In this document: piece after piece, positions 47,683 through 57,435 of the stretch
Position numbering within the stretch: the first letter of the stretch is position 1
How the letters are laid out: every line of letters starts with the position of its first letter
Source: Eutreptiella sp. 'Long Island Sound 2002'
Taxonomy: Eukaryota > Protista > Euglenida
DNA length: 64,000 nucleotides
Direction: 5' to 3'
Assembly: GCA_964036045.1 (NCBI GenBank)
Contig: OZ038379.1
Coordinates: forward strand, 2,666,001-2,730,000
Translations under genes and position numbers: made by a program
The notes under the pieces: generated by a model
Seen by the model: only the letters and a program-made list of their open reading frames with translations
Told to the model about the DNA's origin: nothing
Databases searched by the model: none

Positions 47683-48243
47683 TCAAAGCTCCTCCTTCAA
47701 TGCTCGCATTCGCCGTGTGTGGAACAAAATGCGTAAATTGGGTGATGACTGTAGGTTAACTCGCACTTGCAAACTTGGAATTGACGGTAATAGTTTATAA
47801 TGTATACGGGAAAACATTGCAGCCCATGGAATTGGCATAGAGGAATGAAGTGGCACTCGAACAACGTGCACAATCTCAATCTCATTTACTTTGCCACGAT
47901 CATGTACATACCTCCTCTTGTCACTCCATTGTCTTGGTGCTTTACACCATGCATGTTTAGGATAACCTAGGCACATAAGAGCTCCTTGTAGTCTAGACCA
48001 ACATGCATTGAAATAGTGTTCATGAGAACATAAACGCAAAAAGCGAATGCATTCTCCGGTGACCCATCCTAATTTTACATGCCGTGGTGTGTTTGAGCCC
48101 CACGGAATATATGAACATGTATGGGTTGGTTTAAAGTACACACTTGTTTCAAGCGGCTTCACCTTGACAATTAACAAATCCACGTAGGGAATGCTAGTCA
48201 TGCGACTAAACGCTTCAAACTCCACCTTCAAATGTGGTGGATA
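47683..48243 (-). mobile_element. Penelope-like RT, 3' part (thumb to stop)
   Basis: Reads YPPHLKVEFE...IPYVDLLI..LETSVYFKPTH..YIPWGSNTPRHVK.GWVTGECIRFLRLCS...LGYP...PNLRILF...*. Confidence 0.85.
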
Positions 48244-49291
48244 TGTGGGGGGGGGCGCCGGGACCGGACCCTTTACGCCCCCCCCCCCCCCTCCCTCTGG
48301 GAATTTGGTCCGGGAGTGCCAGACCATGGGCGCCGAAGGCACCCTAAGCAAAATTTGCTTGATCTGGCACAGGGTGACAAAATGGGTTTTCACCCCATGT
48401 GCCTGTACTCAAAATACTCACATTTTTCAGGAGAACTCAATATTGGAGGAAAACCACATTTGATCAAATAGCAATACCACCCCTATGCAGATATTTGTCA
48501 GAGTTGGTCCATACCCTCGTGGGTAAACTAGTGCCTCTGCAACTGGGAGGTCATGGGTTCAAACCCCAATGTTGGCAATATTCAGGGTTCCAATCTAGGT
48601 GGGGCTCCCAAGGGAAAAGTTGTTTTTTGGTTTGTTTTTGCCGTTTTATGCTTTTATTTTGTCCCCTTTGTTGGGGATCCCCGAGAATGTAGGGGTGATG
48701 TAGCACTTTCGCCTACTTGTAGACTTTGGGGTGCCATGCCATTAAACAAAAGTACCACCTACCATGCCCCCCCCCCCCCTCAAAAAATTTCCCCCAAAAT
48801 ACATGCCTTGAAGTGATTAGCGTGATGAGGCGGTCATTTTATGCCATATATGGGGGCGTACCGTGCGCTGTGCACGCGCTGTGCGAAAAGTTGGCCGTTC
48901 TCCACCACCGGGAGTTCGGTAAGTTCAGAAGATTGAAAGGACTTCATTGAATGGCTGCTGCAGTGGACGGGGCTATAGGGGGCAGAATTTATGTCCCTTG
49001 GACCCATGGCAAGCATCAGATGTTTGAATTTTTGAGTTTTGAATTGATTGTGCATGATTCTGCAAGTGGGTGGTTTTCAGGGTTGTTACCCGGATAATCA
49101 CCGTAGTAATTGGCGCTGTGCGCGCGCTGTGCGAAAACGCCCCCTATGTTAGGGTCCAGAGCCCCCCCCCCCCCTTCATGGCTGCTCCCACACCCCCCTA
49201 GACCCAGCCCCCCCCCCCCCCACCCACCCTGAAAGTGGTCCGAGAGTGGGAAGGAGTCGGCCTATGGCCTGATGCTACGCCCCCCCCCGTG
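48244..49291. mobile_element. 1048-bp non-autonomous TIR element with 8-bp TSD (hAT-like) splitting the Penelope RT
   Basis: TSD ggtggata at 48236-48243 and 49292-49299. Ends tgtGGGGGGGGGCG ... CGCCCCCCCCCgtg. Removal restores DIQSFYPP-HLKVEF. Confidence 0.85.
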
Positions 49292-49600
49292 GGTGGATAA
49301 AAACTTTGAATGTCATGCAACAATTGCTCGCGAGTAACATTAGGGTGGTGGAGGACAAGACCATCGTCAATGAAACGAGTTATGACATGGGAGCTTGGGG
49401 ATGGGACACGGCTTTCATAAAACCGAAGCACCAAATTGGCCCATGTGGGCGCGGCATTAGTGCCCATCGCCCACCCCGATAGTTGAACATATACACCAAG
49501 TCCGCGGGTTTCAAACACACAATGAGTAAAGATCACGTGCAAAAGAAACTCTCCCCGCACCATTTTTTTCTCCTATTTGATGGCCGCATTCCCCTTTTTG
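49292..49600 (-). mobile_element. Penelope-like RT, domains 4-5
   Basis: Reads VYVQLSGWAMGTNAAPTWANLVLRFYE...TRFIDDGLV. Confidence 0.88.
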
Positions 49601-51793
49601 GGCCTCTATGTTTCACAAATGGTGCATTTGATTCCGTATTCAATGCGGTTTGGGCCCACAAGATGGTAGGGGTCGAGGAGCCACCTCTGATTTTGTTCCC
49701 GGGCTTGACATTGGGGACCCCCAAGAAGGTAGGGGTTATGCAGCCATTCCACCCTCTTTCAGGCCCCCGAGAAGGCAGGGGTGAGGGAACCAATTGTGGG
49801 CGGCCGTGGGCTTTTTGCTCCCTACCTTTCGGCCGGGCTTTAAATCGGGACATGTGTCGGGCGGTGATGTAGGATATTGTCCTTGTGTGGCATTTTGGTG
49901 CTCATCTACTATGCCGACCGGTTGGCGCTCGAGTACAGTCGTGCTCACGTTTGGGCCCAACCCCAGTTGTTGGTGGCGGTGAGTGTGTGAGTGAGTGTCG
50001 CGGCCAAACAACCCCCCACCCCCTCTCATGAACACAGCCTGATGTCAATGCTCCCTCTCCTTTGGCAGTCAATGGGCAACCCCATCAAAAGCAAATTTGT
50101 ACCTGCAACGCGCAACCGCCGATTGCTCCTGCACCAGATGCAGTTGCCTCAGAATCAGCCAACAAGGGTCCCAAGGCATTGCAGCTTGGGCAAGTGGCTT
50201 AGAAGTGGGCTTCCAGATGATGATGGTACTACCAGCAGGGGTGAAGAGGATGATGCCACGGCTTGCAAAGCATCAGGCTTTGACTGTTCCTTTTCTTTAC
50301 TTTGTGAAGCACAAATTGAGCACCACTTGTTGCTCATCCGCATGAACATGCATGAGCTACAGGTGCTACATTTGGGATTGCAGTCTCGAGCAAAACGTTG
50401 TTTTGAGCAGAACTGTGACAGCACTGCTTACAAACTAAACTAGCCGTGCCACTGTGTGTTTTTACCTCACCCTCTGTCAGGCATGCTCCTGCACAGATGA
50501 CAGCTGTTGACAATGAGAGACCTAATTATCAGCATTGATAGCACCATATCTACAAGCTGAAAACAATGCAATAATCATTTCACAAGCAACCACTGCCCTC
50601 ATTATTGAGTGACACCATGAACATGGCACATTGTAACCCCCCTCCCCCCCGAACCCCCTCATTATGCGGCGGTGTGGCATCGTAAAAGTGCTGTGGACCC
50701 TCCCCCTTTTTTTTTCCCCAGCCAATATGTGCTTTTGAGTGGTTGCAATCCAGTAGCTCTTGGTAGGTGGCTGTGTTGGTAAAGGTTAGTCTACCAAAGG
50801 GTCCACCTACACCTTCGCTTAGCTCACCTTTATTAGGTCTCAGCCCTGTTTTTTCGGCTGCTGGCTCAGTATTTGTTGCTTCATTTCTTTCAATTGACAG
50901 TTAGTGGGTGGATTGCAGGGGAACTGGTCCGGCTGGGGAGTTTCCGAGTGTTGGGGCCCATGGGAGAGGCCACTGCTCCACACAGTACAAGACAAAATGG
51001 CTTTGACCTGGTTCTGGATTGATGCCATTGTGGCCACAATCGACGTAACCCCCCCCCCCCCCCCCCGCTTAATGTAACCCCCCCCTCCCTCACATAATGT
51101 ACCCCCCCCCAAGGATCCCAGGGAAAGTCAGTAGTTTACAGCACCCTCCTTTGGTGAAAAACCCTCAAAAGAAGCATGGCAATGGACTGTGGAACAAGGA
51201 AGTTGATGCACTGCAAGGTTTGCATCCGTCTTGTTATGCATTTGCTGCAAAGAAATTGTGAATGCCAAGTTGCTTTTGCTTCTTGGCTGGACGTCCTTCA
51301 GGGGCTGGAGGCTCAGGAATCTCATGACATGCACTGTGTGTCATGCACAGAAACACTGCACACAGAAATCCTCAGACTCCGCCTCACTTAATGTAACCCC
51401 CCCCCCCCACTTAAAGTACCCCCCCCCTAGAAAGCCAAAAGTTTTCAGTTGTGGAAGGTGCTCAGGCGTGCATTTGTGTGTGTCACGGGGGGGTTTACCA
51501 AGCTTTGTCGACGCCCTGCCCATCTCCTGCCCCGCTTACAGATACAAGGGCCTGGGTCTCCAACCAAACAATCACTGGGAAATGCTTTTGCCTCACAAAC
51601 GACAAGGATTTTCTAAGCGGGTAGAGACCAATTACCGTACAAATATTAATTTCTTGCGAAAATATTTGATTGCCAGCACAAGGTGTTGTTTTACTGCAAA
51701 AAAAACACACAAATATATTGATTTTCAGCGGCATGCCCTTCACAAAAATCACATCTGCAACAAAAAAGGGTGGTCAATCCGTCACTCATGCAA

Positions 51794-51917
51794 CCACTGC
51801 TCCACCACCTATCTGGAAATAGGAGTTCTGCCAGGGCATGCGATCGACGAATTTACCACTGCTCCACCACCTATCTGGAAATAGGAGTTCTGCCAGGGCA
51901 TGCGATCGACGAATTTA
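51794..51917. repeat. Perfect 62-bp tandem duplication
   Basis: ccactgctccaccacctatctggaaataggagttctgccagggcatgcgatcgacgaattta occurs twice. Confidence 0.95.
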
Positions 51918-52844
51918 CAAACCGTTTTGTGAAAAAGTGGTTGGGCCATGGTAGGGACTATTATGGACGAATTTGCAAATCGTTTGTTGAAAAACTGTAG
52001 GCCTGAATCATCCCAAACTCTCACTTGTTGGTGCTTGTCTGTGCTATGGACTGCAATCCCAGAGTGCAACTGATCCACATTTGCCCGTGACTCCAACCCC
52101 AGAGTCCAAGGTACCCCATCTCCTTTGCAGTGGCACCAAAATGAATAGACATAACGCCCAAAAATGGAGGTAAAACCGTAAAAAAAGGCAAAACTAGATG
52201 AAAAATTTTAATTCAGTCAACCAAAAACAGATGCGCAAAGCTGGTTTCTGCAGAAAAAAATCGCAAAAACAAAATAGATTTTCCCTATTTTGGGTGCTGT
52301 CGCAAAGATTTTGCGTAAATACGATTCGAAACACCCAACACAAAAATCAGTCTTCTGCAAAATGTTGATATTGGCACGGTAGTGCGTCTCCGATCCGCAT
52401 TTGTGATTTGTGCATATCAAATGTGTCAAGTGCCATGGTGTGCTATGAGAGCATCCAGCGTGCTTTACGGATGTTGTGGACGCCACACAGTGCTAAATTG
52501 TCCACCTTAAGCCACCAAAAAGGTTTGTAGCCCTTATGTAGACGTCTCAAATTGTCGCTTTTGGAGCAGCCACATCGCTTACTCACCCAATGTCAACAGG
52601 TTGGCAATTCAATTCCATCCATACATTTCGTGATTGCTCACCGGCAGCCGCATTGACCTATTACCCTCAACAAGTCTTTTCATGCATTCATTGCCCCTCT
52701 ACAGATTGAGCAACCCTTGACCTGCTGGACAGGTAGGCAGAGCTGAAGCAGTGGTGTCCTTTCATTGGATGCCTCTTTCCCCTCTGTAGTCAGGGTCAGT
52801 GGAAGAGATTCTGCACAGTGTTAGAGATCCGTGCAGTTTTGGTG

Positions 52845-53037
52845 CTGCCTTCACAACCCTCCGCAATTTCCCGCAACCCTCGACAGCCCTCTACAGCCCT
52901 CTACGATCCGTTTTAATCCTCTGCAACCCTCCACAACCCTCTAAATGCCCTCCACTATCCTCCACAGCTCCCCACGTGACATCCTTTACAGCCCTCCACA
53001 GCCCTCCACAGCCCTCCACAACCCTCCACAACCCTCC
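52845..53037. repeat. 10-bp minisatellite (aca[ag]ccctcc)n upstream of the GC-rich gene
   Basis: Five clean units at 52988-53037, with degenerate units upstream. Confidence 0.8.
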
Positions 53038-53164
53038 GCGGAAACGGCCGTGTCTTCAAAGGGGCCTTTTCTGCGTGCCCACTTTTGTTTGCGCACCCAC
53101 CGCAACACATGTGCTCATCGTTGGCGAGTCTGCCAGGGCCGTCCTGAGCCCTGCCGTATGTCAC

Positions 53165-53951
53165 ATGGCGGAAGCATGCCACAATTTTGCCGCCACGCTC
53201 ACCCGGGACATCATCGATGCCACCGTCACGAAACTGACACAGGGGCACCCCCCCAGCGCCCCTCTGAATGACGGCGGCCCCGTTGCCCGGCCCGCCATCA
53301 ACGTGGAGCCCTACCTGCCGCAGAGCGTCCTGCGCCAGATCGCCACGGGCCCCGCCAGCCAGCGGCAGGAGGCCGTCCGGCACCTGCAGGACAGCGTGGC
53401 CGACCTCGTGCTGCAGCTCGCGAACGCCAACGCGCTGGTGCGGGCGTACGAGGCCCAGAGCGTGGCCGCGGCCCGCGTCCACGTCACCACCGAGATCAGC
53501 CTGGGGCTCGACACGCACACGCACGCGCGCTGCACCGCGTGCTGCGCGGACGACGCCCCGGCCCCGCCCGGCGACGCCGCCGCGTTCAGCTGGTGGCGCA
53601 ACACCGCGCTGCAGGCCGCGATCGAGGGCGGGGGGGAGGACCGCCCCGAGGGGGCGCACGCGCCGGTGGTGGAGATGGACATGGAGCTGTCCGACGTGCT
53701 CGACGGGTACTCGTTCGGGGCCTGGGACGGCAGCGGCGAGAGCACGTCGTCCCTGGGGCTGCTGGACCCCACGCCGCCCCCGAGCCGGTGCCCGGGCCTG
53801 TCCAACGCCCGGCGGCCCCACAGCCCCGGGGACCCCTCCAGCCAGTGCCCGTCCCCGAAGTCGCAGATGCAGGCGCTGCGCGAGGACCTTCCCGGCGGGT
53901 GGCGGCGCAGCCGCAGCTGGTCCCGCCCGGCGGAGGACTCGCGGGCCGCAG
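53165..53951 (+). CDS. Hypothetical protein, exon 1 (predicted coiled-coil plus Pro/Ser-rich)
   Basis: Strong G/C third-position bias in the 52799 frame that ends abruptly at CAG|GTACC (53952). AG at 53135-53136 and ATG at 53165 give a plausible start, but an upstream exon is possible. Confidence 0.7.
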
Positions 53952-56308
53952 GTACCCTTCACTCGATGCACCCGCGGCTGCAACGGTTTTGTGACCGCCG
54001 CCTCCTGCACCCGAACCGCTTCCCCAGCGGCCGCCGACCGGTTTGACAGGCGGCAGCAGCACTCCCCCGTGGCATCCCTCTCCTTCAAGCGCAGGCCTAC
54101 CAGGGGGTCACTCTCTGTTGAGCCCCTCCTCCCAGGGATGCATTAGAAGGGAAGGGACCTCAGAGGCGGCCCTAGAGGCGGTCAGACAGGCGGTTGGAGG
54201 AGGTTGCCGAAGCGGTTGGGGGCGGTTACTGTCGGTTACAAATGCCGTTGAAGTTGGCAGTTGCTGTGAGGGGGACAGTGGCTGGGCATAGGCTAGGCGC
54301 CCTGGAGGGGGGGGGGGGGGGGATGCCTCCCCCCCTTCCAATGCATCCCTGCCTCCTCCCCTGGGGCTCTCGTGGAGGAGCTTTTTTTCTCATTTTTTTT
54401 TTAACTAATGAGGAACGAAGGGAAGGAAGGGCTCTTTCGGACCGTTTAATCCAAACGACACTCATCCTCTGGGAGGACGGCTCCAGGCTGTTACCCCCGC
54501 GAGTAAGTGCTGCAGCTGGAATGAGGCTCTGACTATCCTGTCACATGGGCACACCCGCTTTCCCCGTCTTGCCCTGTGCGCCTCATGCCAGCGGGGGCTC
54601 GTCTGCATGTGCTCGTGTGCGTTCTCCAGGGCATTGCGGGCCAGCTTTCGGCCAGCGTCGTCGGCAGTGGCCTGGCAGCCTGGGCCCCTGGGTGCTTCAC
54701 ATTCAGCCCTTCGGCAAGTGGCAAGTGAGGGGAGGGGGGAGGTAGTTGATGATGCATGTTCGCCTGACCTGAGTTGTTGAGACCCTACGAGAGCAAATCT
54801 CTGGATGGAATAACGCAGGCGCCTTGCCCTTTGGGTCGGCCGTCCCTTGGTATGGATGGGGGTGGGCTTCCCCTTAAACGCTCCCTGTGGCACGACCACG
54901 ACACGCCAACTCACCATGCACTCCATCGGTGGTGCTTAGCCACCCCGTGCCCCCGAAATGTCCACCTGTAAGTCAGGCCATCAGTCTTTGCATCGCGCTG
55001 TCCCCATTTCGTTTGAGGTTTGTTCCGTCTCGTTCGGCTCCATTGTTTTGGTGGGGGCTACAGCACTCGTGCAAGACGCCCGGTCTCTGACATGCAGAGT
55101 GCGTCTGTGCACATGGACGGATGGATGCGCTATCTGGAGGCGACACACCAACTGCATGGCATATGTGACCCCCCCCCCCCCAACCCCATCCCCCACCCGC
55201 ACCCCCTTGCGCAACCACAGCCGAAGCCACGGACGATGACGGTCAGACGGGGATCCCGTGCCAACAGCCTTGCTTGTGCGCAACCCATTCATGGGGGGCT
55301 TGGGCCCCGTTGCAGTACTGTTGACTGCAAATGCACATCAACCCCAGCAGAAGTGGGGTGTAGTCTCAGGCACAGCGTTGCTACAGCACAACCCTTCACA
55401 GGTACGACCCAGCCCCTGACACACTTTGGAGTGGGTTGTCTGTGTAAAGTTTGATTCTTGGCCCCAAAGACTTATCCTTTGGTTGCCACAAAGGCTCGGT
55501 AAGTGTGTGTTTCCGGTATTTTCGGGTGTACGTTCTGGTTGGAGTTCTCGGCAATAACTTGTCTGCATTGCTTGTCCTCAGCCACTGGGGAAAAGCGGTG
55601 TTCGTAGGTGAGAGTGGGGCAGCTGTCCCTCTGCTCACAAGTGCAGCAGCAGCTTCTGGGCGTCCCCTCACGCCAGCGCCGGCATCCACAGGTCTAACCG
55701 CTGTGTACTGTATCAGGGTTGTGCTTAGTGCTCGTCCTACGGGACGGGAGGAAAGCAGCGACCCGACGCAACATACGAAGGGAAGAACGGGTGACCGTCC
55801 AGGGCCCCGGAAAGAAACAACAACCAGACGGAATGTCACACAGGGGGGATGGGTGGGGGGGTATGAGGGCAAGAAAAAGTTTGTGTGCCCAAAATGGGCC
55901 TCTTATTTTTGGCTCTATTCAAAATTTCATTTTTCCCCAGAGGAAATTTTTTTGGTTTGGGTGGGTTGGTGGTTTGGTCTGGGGGCGGGGGTCCGCCAGA
56001 TCCAACCCCCTCCCCCCCCCCCCGCCCGCCCCTCGCTCCCTCGTGGATAAGCACATCCCTGATCCACATGTAAACCGCTGTGCACTGTACACTTCATACC
56101 TCATGTTCATATTCTGTGTGCCGGATTACGTTTACGTGATGTGATACATTTATGTCGTCATATGATACGTGAGGTACTGAACATCCTCTGTTCTGGAAAC
56201 CCTCTGCACGTGCCATGCACTGGGTATACCAGTGTCGGGTGTACCCTCCCCCCATTGAGTCGAAGCCCGCAAGCCCCCCTCCATCTGTGCCATGTGCCCG
56301 GGCCGCAG
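53952..56308 (+). other. GT-AG intron (2357 bp, phase 1)
   Basis: Joins ...EDSRAA-G-LPRAKSDLE... in frame; the joined CDS is 1914 nt (637 aa). GC-rich codon bias stops and resumes at these positions. Confidence 0.72.
54133..54351. mobile_element. 219-bp hAT-type MITE, CAG...CTG ends, 8-bp TSD
   Basis: TIR cagggatgcattagaaggg / cccttccaatgcatccctg (18 of 19 complementary). TSD cctcctcc at 54125-54132 and 54352-54359. Confidence 0.92.
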
Positions 56309-57435
56309 GGCTGCCCCGCGCCAAGAGCGACTTGGAGATGCCGCTAGGCCAACAGGCGGCGGGCCGCGACCCCGGCCTGGCCCGGAGCATGATGACCTCC
56401 GGGTCATCCCTGGACGACATGCTGGACGCCGCGCGGGTCCTGAGCACCGGGCCGCAGGGCCGCCGCCGCTCCCGCAGCAACCCCGAGCGCCTGGTCGTCG
56501 CGCACGCCTCCTCCCGCCTGCACCCGCTGCTCGCCACCGAGCCGCTGCAGCTGCTGAGCCCCCGGTCCCGGGGCCAGCACCCCGGAATCTCCAGCCCCAA
56601 GGCCGGGCTCGTGGGCGTCCGGCAGGCGTCCCGGCCACCGCCCGTGGACACCGGAGAGGCCGGGGACGAGGCCGGGCCGCTCGGGCGCCCGTCGGCGCTG
56701 CACGGCAAGCAGCGCGCCATGAAGCGCCAGCCCAGCGCCAGCTCGCCCCCGCGGGAGACGACGCCCACCAGCGACGTCGGGCTGCAGGAGCTGCTGTCGA
56801 GCCAGCGCGTGATGCAGTGCCTGTCCCCCAACAACAGCGCGGCCGCCCACGCCGAGCCGGACCCCGACGGGCACGCGCGCGCGGCGCCCCTCCACGCGCC
56901 CCGGTACCACCTCGCGGGCCGCCCGGGCCGCCCCACGCACAGCCCCCCGGGCGGCGCCGAGGGCCACGACCTGCCGCCGGTCGCCCACACGAAGCGGAAG
57001 GTGCTGCTCGACCTCCCCGAGCACCACGACTCCCCGACCCCCGAGGGCGACCCCTCGCCGCCCATGTCCCCGTCGCAGGGCGGCAGCGGGTCGCCGCGGG
57101 CCGCGTCCCCGACCGGGTTCGCGAGCCTCGTGCGGACGGTCGCGTCGTCCCCGAACCTCTTCGGCGGCCACTCGCCGCGCGTCACGTCGCCGTCGCACGG
57201 CCCCGCGCAGCCCCGCCTGGCCCCCGCGGCGGCGGCGGCGCCGGAGCTGCACGCGCAGGCCGGGGGCGGGCCCTGGATGCGGCAGTCGCTGATTGGGGGC
57301 CTGGGCTCGCCGCCCCATGGCTCCTGTCCGTCCCTCAAGCGGGGGTCCCACAACAGCGCGGGGCCGCTGTCGCCGTTGCAGCTGCCGCTGAGGGGCGTCG
57401 TTTCCCCGCCCCATCCCGGGATCGACAGCCCTTGA
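56309..57435 (+). CDS. Hypothetical protein, exon 2 (Ser/Pro/Ala-rich, likely disordered)
   Basis: Nearly all codons end in G/C in the 56215 frame; TGA at 57433-57435. Confidence 0.78.
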
